Assembly (NCBI GenBank): GCA_965655095.1 | Contig: OZ296652.1 | Span: 112,902,001-112,966,000, forward strand | Origin: Haplodiscus bocki | Taxonomy: Eukaryota | DNA length: 64,000 nucleotides | Direction: 5' to 3' | Part shown: one piece after another, positions 52,801-64,000 of the stretch | Layout of the letters: each line of letters begins with the position of its first letter | How positions within the stretch are numbered: position 1 is the first letter of the stretch | Position numbers and translations under genes: made by a program | Notes under the pieces: model-generated | What the model was told of the DNA's origin: nothing | The model's input: the letters and a program-made list of their open reading frames with translations, nothing else | Database searches by the model: none

Positions 52801-55800
52801 TGACATAAATTCTAAGTTTTTCCTCACTTCTGCGCCTTGAGGATCCGAAGATGCAAAACACTTCATTTGTTATCTACAACTCTCGGTAATCTAAATTCAA
52901 CACCTCATAACTTTTTGTTCATTTCAATGAATGAGGTATCAGAGTGCGTTCCCCTACCTGCTTAAGTCAATTCAGTGGATTTTTGTTGACTTTTATTCTT
53001 TGCATTGAAGAGTTGATGTTCCGGAAAGCCAACCAAAAGTAGTTTCCATCAAATTTTATCCATAATCAAACACTTCTAACTGCTAAACAACTAGTTTGGT
53101 TTCGTCAGCCAATTACAAACTTGATCAATATGTATACAAAAGGATCTATCTGAAAAAGAAGAAATAGTTTTCTGGACGTGACCTTCGACATTTTGTGGTC
53201 CAAAACCGTGAAAAGATAGAAATTTTGAATTTTCTTGTTGTTGAAACACAAAATTTTGCAAAACAGCTAAGTTAACTAATACAAACAGAGTCACAATCGA
53301 TAAACGTTGCAAGACCAGGAGAATTGGGTGAGGTAACTATTGAGTTTTTCCCTCATGACTGCACCTTGATGATTCAAAAAATAACAGGAAGAACGAAAAC
53401 TAACAACAAGTCTCGGTAATCAGAAGCAAAGTCACTTTATATCTAGTTTCCTTCTGAAAAATGGAGATAAAAGTATGCGTTTTCCTACCTTTCAAAATCA
53501 GTTTGTTGGAGTTTTATTGCAAATCTTTCTTCGGTTGGAGCCCTGAAGTTCGAAGATTCTCAGCGGAGACAATTGATTCCGAGTTTTATCCATAATCAAA
53601 CACGTCTATCTGCAAAACGTCTTTTTTGTTTTCATGAGTTAACTTCACACCTAAACAAGTTCCGATGCAAAAACGACTACTTTAACGGAACGAGCTCGAT
53701 TTTGATTTTGACAACTGACAAAAGATAATATCAAACTGCCAAGAAACACTTAGGATGAATTCTCGTGTTATTCAGACAAGTGATTCTGCAGAACAGCCAG
53801 TCCATATAAATCAACCGAAGTACAATCGACGAGTTCTTGTCAGACGAGGACGTTTGAGTGAGATAAATTCTGTTTTTTTTTCTCCGCTTCTGCACCTTGA
53901 GGATCCAAAGACGCAAAACACGTCATTTGTTATCTAAAACTCTCGGTAATCGAACTACAACACCTCAAAAATTTGTGTGCACTTCAAGGAATGAGGTATC
54001 AGTGTGCGTTGTCCTACCTGTTAAAGTCAATTCAGTGGATTTAGGTTGAATTTCATTCTTTGCATTGGAGCGTTGATGTCCAAGAAAGCTAACCAAAAGT
54101 GTTTGCTATCGAATTTTTCCATAATCAAACATTTGTAACTGCTAAACAACTAGTTTGTTTTCGCCAACCAATTGCAGAATTGATCGATACGTAGACAACA
54201 AGAAGCAACTGAAAAGGAGGAATTAGTTTTCTGGACCTGGCCTTTGACAGTCTATAGTCCAAACCTGTGAGTAAGGTGGAAACTTTGATTTAGCTTGTTG
54301 CTAAGACATAAAATTCTGCAAAGCATTTAACTTAAATTATACAAACGAAGTAACAATCGATAAATTTCACTAGACCAGGAAAATTGGGAGAGGGAATTTT
54401 TGATTTTTCCGCTCGTGTCTGCACCCCGATGATACAAAGGATAACAGAAATAACAAAAATTAACTACAAGTCTCGTTAATCCAAGCAGAGTCCGTTTACA
54501 TCTAGTTTCCATTTCAAAAAGGGAAATACCAGTCTGCGTTTTCGTACCTGTAAAAATCAGTTTGTTGGAGTTTTGTTGGAAGTCTATTTTTGCGTTGGAG
54601 CCCTAAAGTCCGAAAGTTCCCTGCAGAGATGATTGATTCCGAATTTTATCCATAATGAAACACGTCTACCTGTAAAACAACCTTTTTTTAAACTGAGTTA
54701 ACTTCACACCTAAACAAGTTCCGCTCAAAGACAACTATTCCAAAGGAACGAGCTCGAATTTGATTTGGACAACTGACAAAAGATAATATCAAACTGCCAA
54801 GAAACACTTAGGATGAATTCTCGTGTTGTTCAGACAAGTGATCCTGCAGAACACCCAGTCTATAATGTTCAATCAAAGTACAATCGACGAGTGTCAGATT
54901 AGGATGTTTGGGTGAGACAAATTCTAGCTTTCCTCACCTCCGCACCTCAAGGATGCGAAAATGCAAAACACTTCATTTGTTATCTACAACTCTCGATAAT
55001 CAAACTGCAACACCTTAAAATGTTGTGTTGATTTCAATGAATGAGGTATCAGTGTGCGTTGCCCTACCTGTTAAGGTCAATTCGGTGGATTTTTTTTGAG
55101 TTTTATTCTTTGCATTGGAAGGATGATGTCCAGGAAAGCTCACTGAAACTATTTGCCATACAATTTTTGCATAATCAAACATTTGTAACTGCTAAAGAAC
55201 TAGTTTGGTTTCGTAAGCCAATTGCAAAATTGATCAGTATGTTTACAAAAGGAACTATCTGAAAAGGAGGAGTTAGTTTTCTGGACGTGCCCCTCGACAA
55301 ACTATGGTCCAAAACCAAGAAATAGATAGAAACTTTGAATTATCTTGTTGCTAGAACACGAAATTCTGCCGAACAGCTAACTTAACTTATAAAAAAAACA
55401 CAATCGACAAACTTTGCTACACCACGAAACTTGGGTGAGAGAACTAATGAATTTTTTCCATCTTATCTGCACCCCGTTGATCCAAAAGATAACAGAAATT
55501 ACAAAAATTAACTACAAGTCTCTTTTATCACAGCAAAGTCCCTTTTTATATAGTTACCTTTTCAAAAATGGACATACCAGTATGCGTTTCCGCACCTGTA
55601 AAAGGCAGTTTGTTGGAGCTTTGTTGGTGGCCAATTTTTGCGTTGGAGTGCTAAAATCCAGAAATTGCCAACAGAAATATTTGATTGCGAATTTTATCCA
55701 TAATCAAACAAGTCTATCTGTAAAACAATCATAATGTTTTCATGAGCCAAGTTCACACCTGAACAAATTCCGCTCGAGGACGACTGCTTGAAAAGAACGA

Positions 55801-58800
55801 GCTTGATTTTGATTTTGACATCTGACAAAAAAAATTATCAAACTGCCAAGAAACACTTAGGATGAATTCTCGTCTTATTGGGACAAGTGTTTCTGCAGAA
55901 CACCCAGTCTATATAATTCAACGAAAGTTGAAACGACGAGTTTTTGTCAGACGAGGACATTTGGGTCAGATAAATTCTGATCTTTTCCTGACTTCCGTAC
56001 CCTGAGAATCCGAAAATGTAAAACACTTCATTTGTTATCTATAACTCTCGGTAATTGAACTACAATTCCTCAACGGTATGTGTTCATTTCAGTTAATGAG
56101 GTATCAGTGTTCCTTGTCCTACCTAATAAAGTCAATTCAATGAACTTTTCTTGAATTTTACTCTTTGCATTAGAATGTTGATGTCCAGGAAAGCTGACTG
56201 AAAGCCTTTGCCATCCAATTTTTGCATAATCAAACATTTGTAACTGCTAAACAACTAGTTTGGTTTCGTCAACCAATTGCAGAATTGATCAATATATAGA
56301 CAACAAGAACTATTTGAAAATAATGAGTTAGTTTTCTGGACCTGGCCTTTGACAGTCTAAAGTCTAAAACTGTGAATAAGGTAGAAACTTTGATTTATAT
56401 TGTTGCTAAGAAATAAAATTCTGCAAAGCATTTAACTTAACTTATACAAACGAAGTAACAATCGATAAGTTTCGCTAGACCAGGAAAATTGGGTGAGGGA
56501 ACTTTTGATTTTTCCCGTCGTGTCTGCACCCCAATGATACAAAAGGTAACTAAAGTTTCAAAAATTAACTACAAGTCTCGTTAATCAAAGCAAAGTCCCT
56601 TTATATCTAGTTTCCATTTCAAAAATGGATATGCCAGTATGCGTCTTCGTAGCTGTAAAAGTCCGTTTGTTGGAGCTTTGTTGGAAGCCAATGTCTGCGT
56701 TGGAGCAATAAAGTCCAGAAAATCCCAGCAGAAATAGTTGGTTGCGAATTTTATTGATAATCAAACACGTCTATCTGTAAAACAACCATTATGTTTTCAT
56801 GAGCCAATTTCACACCTTAACAAGTTCCGCTCGAGGACGACTGCTTGAATAAAACGAGCTTGATTTGGATTTTGACATCTGAGAAAAAATCTTATCAAAC
56901 TGCCAAGAAACACTTAAGATGAATTCTCGTCTTATTCAGACAAGTGTTTCTGCAGAACACCCAGTCTGTATAATTCAACCAAAGTTGAATCGACGAGTTC
57001 TTGTCAGACGAGGACAATTGGGTGAGATAATTTCTGTTTTTTTCCTCACCTCCGCACCTTGAGGATTCGAAGATGCCAAACACTTCATTTGTTATCTATA
57101 ATTCTCGGTAATTGAACTAGAATACCTCAAAGGTATGTGTTCATTTCAATGAATGAGGCATCAGTGTGCGTTTCCCTGCCTGTTAAAGTCAATTGAGTGG
57201 ATTTTTGTTGAATTTTATTCTTTGCAATGAAATGTTGATGTCCTGGAAAGACAACAGAAAGTGTTTGCTATCCAATTTTTGCATAATCAAACACTTGTAA
57301 CTGCTAAACAACTAGTTTGTTTTCGTCAACCAATTGCAGAGTTGATCGATACGTAGACAACAAGAAGCAACTGAAAAGGAGGAATTAGTTTTCTGGACGA
57401 GCCCTTCGACGTTCTTTAGTCCAAAGCCAAAAAATAGATAGAAACTTTGAACTATCTTGTTGCTAGAAAACGAAACGCTGCAAAACAGCTAACTTAACTT
57501 ATACAAACAAAAACACAATCGACAAACTATGCTACACTACGAAAATTAGGTGAGAGAACTATTGAAATTTTTCCTTCTTGTCTGCACCCCGTTGATCCAA
57601 AAGATAACACAAAGTGCGAAGATTATCTGCAAGTTTCGTTAATCAAACCAGAGTCCCTATATATCTAGTTTCCATTTCAAAAATGGATATGCCAGTATGC
57701 GTCTTCGTACCTGTAAAAGTCCTTTTGTTGGAGCTTTGTTGGAAGCCAATTTCTGCGTTGGTGCAATAAAGTCCAGAAGTTCCCAGCAGAAATAGTTGAT
57801 TGCGAATTTTATCCATATTCAAACATGTCTATCTGTAAAACAGCCATTATGTTTTCAAGAGCCAATTTCACACCTGAAAAAGTTCCGCTTGAGGATGACT
57901 GCTTGAATAGAACGAGCTTGATTTTGATTTTGACATCTGAGAAAAAATCTTATCAAACTGCCAAGAAACACTTAGGATGAATTCTCGTCTTATTCAGACA
58001 AGTGTTTCTGCAGAACACCCAATCTATATAATTCAACCAAAGTTGAATCGACGACTTCTTGTCAGACGAGGACATTTGGGTCAGATAATTTCTGATTTTC
58101 TGCTGACTTCCGCACCTTGAGGATCCGAACATGCAAAAGACTTCATTTGTTACCTATAGCTCTCGGTAATTGAACTGCATTTACTCAAAGGTATGTGTTC
58201 ATTTCAAAGAATGAGGTCTCAGTGTTCGTTGTCTTACCTATTAAAGTCAGTTCAATGGGTTTTCCTTGAAATTTATTCTTTGCATTGGAATGTTGATGTC
58301 CAGGAAAGCTAACTGAAAGTATTTGCCATCTAAGTTTTGCCTTATCAAACAGTTGTAACTGCTGAACATCTAGTTTGGTTTCGTCAACCAATTGCAGAAT
58401 TGATCGATATGTAGACAACAAGAACTATTTGAAAATGATGAGTTAGTTTTCTGGACCTGGCCTTTGACAGTCTATAGTCCAAAACTGTGAGTAAGGTGGA
58501 AACTTTGATTTAGCTTGTTGTTAAGACATAAAATTCTGCAAAGCATTTAACTTAAATTATACAAACGAAGTAACAATCGATAAATTTCGCTAGAGCAGGA
58601 AAATTGGGAGAGGGAACTTTTGATTTTTCCCCTCGTGTCTGCACCCCGATGATACAAAGGATAACAGAAATAACAAAAATTAACTACAACTCTCGTTAAT
58701 CAAAGCAGAGTCCGTTTACATCTGGTTTCCATTTCAAAAAAGGAAATACCAGTCTGCGTTTTCGTACCTGTAAAAATCAGTTTGTTGGAGTTTTGTTGAA

Positions 58801-61800
58801 AGTCTATTTTTGCGTTGGAGCCCTAAAGTCCGAAAGTTCCCTGCAGAGATAATTGATTCCGAATTTTATCCATAATGAAACACGTCTACCTGTAAAACAA
58901 CCTTTTTTAAACTGAGTTAACTTCACACCTAAACAAGTTACGCTCAAAGACGACTATTCCAAAGGAACGAGCTCGATTTTGATTTGAACATCTGACAAAA
59001 GATATTATGAAACTGCCAAGAAACACTTAGGATGAATTCTCGTCTTATTCGGACAAGTGTTTCCGCAGAACACCCAGTCTATATAATTCAACGAAAGTTG
59101 AAAAAACGAGTTCTTGTCAGACGAGGACATTTGGGTCAGATAAATTCTGATCTTTTCCTGACTTCCGTACCCTGAGAATCCGAAAATGTAAAACACTTCA
59201 TTTGTTATCTATAACTCTCGGTAATTGAACTACAATTCCTCAACGGTATGTGTTCATTTCAGTTAATGAGGTATCAGTGTTCCTTGTCCTACCTAATAAA
59301 GTCAATTCAATGAACTTTTCTTGAATTTTACTCTTTGCATTAGAATGTTGATGTCCAGGAAAGCTGACTGAAAGCCTTTGCCATCCAATTTTTGCATAAT
59401 CAAACATTTGTAACTGCTAAACAACTAGTTTGGTTTCGTCAACCAATTGCAGAATTGATCAATATATAGACAACAAGAACTATTTGAAAATAATGAGTTA
59501 GTTTTCTGGACCTGGCCTTTGACAGTCTAAAGTCTAAAACTGTGAATAAGGTAGAAACTTTGATTTATATTGTTGCTAAGAAATAAAATTCTGCAAAGCA
59601 TTTAACTTAACTTATACAAACGAAGTAACAATCGATAAGTTTCGCTAGACCAGGAAAATTGGGTGAGGGAACTTTTGATTTTTACCGTCGTGTCTGCACC
59701 CCAATGATACAAAAGGTAACTGAAGTTTCAAAAATTAACTACAAGTCTCGTTAATCAAAGCAAAGTCCCTTTATATCTAGTTTCCATTTCAAAAATGGAT
59801 TTGCCAGTAGCCGTCTTCGTACCTGTAAAAGTCCGTGTGTTGGAGCTTTGTTGGAAGCCAATGTCTGCGTTGGAGCAATAAAGTCCAGAAAATCCCACCA
59901 GAAATAGTTGGTTGCGAATTTTATTGATAATCAAACACGTCTATCTGCAAAACAACCATTATGTTTTCATGAGCCAATTTCACACCTTTACAAGCTCCGC
60001 TCGAGGACGACTGCTTGAATAAAACGAGCTTGATTTTGATTTTGACATCTGAGAAAAAATCTTATCAAACTGCCAAGAAACACTTAAGAAGAATTCTCGT
60101 CTTATTCAGACAAGTGTTTCTGCAGAACACCCAGTCTGTATAATTCAACCAAAGTTGAATCGACGAGTTCTTGTCAGACGAGGACAATTGGGTGAGATAA
60201 TTTCTTTTTTTTTCCTCACCTCCGCACCTTGAGGATTCGAAGATGCCAAACACTTCATTTGTTATCTATAATTCTCGGTAATTGAACTAGAATACCTCAA
60301 AGGTATGTGTTCATTTCAATGAATGAGGCATCAGTGTGCGTTTCCCTGCCTGTTAAAGTCAATTGAGTGGATTTTTGTTGAATTTTATTCTTTGCAATGA
60401 AATGTTGATGTCCTGGAAAGACAACAGAAAGTGTTTGCTATCCAATTTTTGCATAATCAAACACTTGTAACTGCTAAACAACTAGTTTGTTTTCGTCAAC
60501 CAATTGCAGAGTTGATCGATACGTAGACAACAAGAAGCAACTGAAAAGGAGGAATTAGTTTTCTGGACGAGCCCTTCGACGTTCTTTAGTCCAAAGCCAA
60601 AAAATAGATAGAAACTTTGAACTATCTTGTTGCTAGAAAACGAAACGCTGCAAAACAGCTAACTTAACTTATACAAACAAAAACACAATCGACAAACTAT
60701 GCTACACTACGAAAATTAGGTGAGAGAACTATTGAAATTTTTCCTTCTTGTCTGCACCCCGTTGATCCAAAAGATAACACAAAGTGCGAAGATTATCTGC
60801 AAGTTTCGTTAATCAAACCAGAGTCCCTATATATCTAGTTTCCATTTCAAAAATGGATATGCCAGTATGCGTCTTCGTACCTGTAAAAGTCCTTTTGTTG
60901 GAGCTTTGTTGGAAGCCAATTTCTGCGTTGGAGCAATAAAGTCCAGAAATTCCCTGCAGAAATAGTTGATTGCGAATTTTATCCATATTCAAACATGTCT
61001 ATCTGTAAAACAGCCATTATGTTTTCAAGAGCCAATTTCACACCTGAAAAAGTTCCGCTTGAGGACGACTGCTTGAATAGAACGAGCTTGATTTTGATTT
61101 TGACATCTGAGAAAAAATCTTATCAAACTGCCAAGAAACACTTAGGATGAATTCTCGCCTTATTCAGACAAGTGTTTCTGCAGAACACCCAGTCTATAGA
61201 ATTCAACCAAAGTTGAATCGACGACTTCTTGTCAGACGAGGACATTTGGGTCAGATAATTTCTGACTTTCTGCTGACTTCCGCACCTTGAGGATCCGAAC
61301 ATGCAAAAGACTTCATTTGTTACCTATAACTCTCGGTAATCGAACTGCATTTACTTAAAGGTATGTGTTCATTTCAAAGAATGAGGTCTCAGTGTTCGTT
61401 GTCCTACCTATTAAAGTCAGTTCAATGGGTTTTCCTTGAAATTTATTCTTTGCATTAGAATGTTGATGTCCAGGAAAGCTAACTGAAAGTATTTGCCATC
61501 TAAGTTTTGCTTAATCAAACATTTGTAACTGCTGAACAACTAGTTTTGATTCGTCAACCAATTGCAGAATTGATCGATATGTAGACAACAAGAACTATTT
61601 GAAAATGATGAGTTAGTTTTCTGGACCTGGCCTTTGACAGTCTATAGTCCAAAACTGTGAGTAAGGTGGAAACTTTGATTTACCTTGTTGCTAAGACATA
61701 AAATTCTGCAAAGAATTTAACTTAAATTATACAAACGAAGTAACAATCGATAAATTTCGCTAGACCAGGAAAATTGGGAGAGTGAAATTTTTGATTTTTC

Positions 61801-64000
61801 CCCTCGTGTCTGCACCCCAATGATACAAAGGATAACAGAAATAACAAAAATTAAATACAACTCTCGTTAATCAAAGCAGAGTACGTTTACATCTAGTTTC
61901 CATTTCAAAAAAGGAATAACCAGTCTGCGTTTTCGTACCTGTAAAAATCAGTTTGTTGGAGTTTTGTTGAAAGTCTATTTTTGCGTTGGAGCCCTAAAGT
62001 CCGAAAGTTCCCTGCAGAGATAATTGATTCCGAATTTTATCCATAATGAAACACGTCTACCTGTAAAACAACCTTTTTATAAACTGAGTTAACTTCACAC
62101 CTAAACAAGTTCTGCTCAAAGACGACTATTCCAAAGGAACGAGCTCGATTTTGATTTGAACATCTGACAAAAGATATTATGAAACTGCCAAGAAACACTT
62201 AGGATGAATTCTCGTATTATTCAGACAAGTGACTCTGCAGAACACCCAGTCTATATAATTCAACCAATGTACAATCGACGAATTCTTGTCAAACGAGGAC
62301 GTTTGGGTGAAATAAGTTCTAATTTTTTCCTCACTTCCGCCCCTTGAGGATCCGAAGATGCCAAACACTTCATTTTTTATCTGTAACTCTCGGCAACCGA
62401 ATTACAATACCTCAAAGGTATGTGTCATTTCAATGAATGAGGCATCAGTGTGCGTTTCCCTGCCTGTTAAAGTCAATTGAGTGGATTTTTGTTGACTTTT
62501 ATTCTTTGCAATGAAATGTTGATGTCCTGGAAAGACAACAGAAAGTGTTTTCTATCCAATTTTTGCATAATCAAACACTTGTAACTGCTAAACAACTAGT
62601 TTGTTTTCTTCAACCAATTGCAGAGTTGATCGATACGTAGACAACAAGAAGCAACTGAAAAGGAGGAATTAGTTTTCTGGACGAGCCCTTCGACGTTCTT
62701 TAGTCCAAAACCAAAAAAATAGATAGAAACTTTGAACTATCTTGTTGCTAGAAAACGAAACGCTGCAAAACAGCTAACTTAACTTATACAAACAAAAACA
62801 CAATCGACAAACTATGCTACACTACGAAAATTAGTTGAGAGAACTTTTGAAATTTTTCCTACTTTTCTGCACCCCGTTGATCCAAAAGATAACAGAAAGT
62901 GCGAAGATTATCTGCATGTTTCGTTAATCAAACCAGAGTCCCTATAAATCTAGTTTCCATTTCAAAAATGGATATGCCAGTATGCGTCTTCGTACCTGTA
63001 AAAGTCCTTTTGTTGGAGCTTTGTTGGAAGCCAATTTCTGCGTTGGAGCAATAAAGTCCAGAAATTCCCAGCAGAAATAGTTGATTGCGAATTTTATCCA
63101 TATTCAAACACGTCTATCTGTAAAACAACCATTATGTTTTCAGGAGCCAATTTCACACCTGAACAAGTTCCGCTTGAGGACGACTGCTTGAATAGAACGA
63201 GCTTGATTTTGATTTTGACATCTGAGAAAAAATCTTATCAAACTGCCAAGAAACACTTAGGATGAATTCTCGTCTTATTCAGACAAGTGTTTCTGCAGAA
63301 CACCCAGTCTATATAATTCAACCAAAGTTGAATCGACGACTTCTTGTCAGACGAGGACATTTGGGTCAGATAATTTCTGATTTTTTGCTGACTTCCGCAC
63401 CTTGAGGATCCGAACATGCAAAAGACTTCATTTGTTACCTATAACTCTCGGTAATCGAACTGCATTTACTCAAAGGTATGTGTTCATTTCAAAGAATGAG
63501 GTCTCAGTGTTCGTTGTCCTACCTATTAAAGTCAGTTCAATGGGTTTTCCTTGAAATTTATTCTTTGCATTAGAATGTTGACGTCCAGGAAAGCTAACTG
63601 AAAGTTTTTGCCATCTAAGTTTTGCTTAATCAAACATTTGTAACTGCTGAACAACTAGTTTGGTTTCGTCAACCAATTGCAGAAGTGATCGATATGTAGA
63701 CAACAAGAACTATTTGAAAATGATGAGTTAATTTTCTGGACCTGGCCTTTGACAGTCTATAGTCCAAAACTGTGAGTAAGGTGGAAACTTTGATTTACCT
63801 TGTTGCTAAGACATAAAATTCTGCAAAGCATTTAACTTAAATTATACAAACGAAGTAACAATCGATAAATTTCGCTAGACCAGGAAAATTGGGAGAAGGA
63901 ACTTTTGATTTTTCCTCTCATGTCTGCACCCCGATGATACAAAGGATAACAGAAATAACAAAAATTAACTACAACTCTCGTTAATCAAAGCAGAGTCCGT
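49856..64000. repeat. Satellite array, right arm: ~1,056-bp monomers (~13 copies) with higher-order repeats
   Basis: gatgaattctcgt-like anchor at ~50592, 51637, 52696, 53754, 54812, 55861, 56918, 57976, 59031, 60088, 61146, 62203 and 63261. It shares motifs with the left arm (tctgcaccc..atgatcc, gaggtatcagtgtgcg, aatcgacgagtt). The array runs off the window end. Confidence 0.97.

Noticed and set aside
11836-62170. Similar ~3.2-kb periods in the two tandem arrays (3,252 vs 3,170)
   Set aside because: No sequence similarity was seen between the arrays, they are separated by a gap, and the satellite also shows 2.1- and 4.2-kb offsets; probably coincidental.
53731-62368. Recurrent 61-63 aa minus-strand ORFs (...RIHPKCFLAV) as a tandem gene family
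   Set aside because: They recur only because of the satellite; other monomers have stops or frameshifts, starts are non-ATG, and no domain is recognisable.
1-64000. CRISPR arrays, rRNA/tRNA genes, prokaryotic operons
   Set aside because: No short repeat-spacer pattern, conserved RNA motifs or gene-dense coding structure was observed.

Overview
AT-rich, repeat-dominated, almost certainly eukaryotic (probably animal) heterochromatin-like DNA. No intact protein-coding or RNA gene is evident, and nearly all ORF-track calls are fragments or noise. Layout: (1) 1-8.3 kb, old diverged duplications of an unidentified decayed sequence; (2) 8.9-20.3 kb, one old copy followed by about 2.6 near-identical tandem copies of a 3,252-bp unit, ending in (TA)n and a 200-N scaffold gap; (3) 20.5-22.3 kb, a GC-richer minus-strand pseudogene with a BED-like C2H2 zinc finger; (4) 22.3-30.3 kb and 49.9-64 kb, one satellite family (two ~530-bp halves per ~1.03-1.06-kb monomer, with 2-, 3- and 4-monomer higher-order offsets); (5) 30.3-49.9 kb, embedded in that satellite, a decayed ~19.6-kb Ty3/Gypsy-type LTR retroelement. 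Reading through stops and frameshifts recovers Gag with a CCHC knuckle, protease, RT, RNase H, integrase (D-x35-E, GPY/F), an env-like glycoprotein whose Cys/motif pattern resembles class III gB/chuvirus-type fusogens, and several extra unidentified reading frames before and after env. This element is the most interesting system here: it looks like a complex, possibly once-infectious retrovirus-like element. All translations and alignments were done by eye, and boundaries are approximate unless a motif is quoted.
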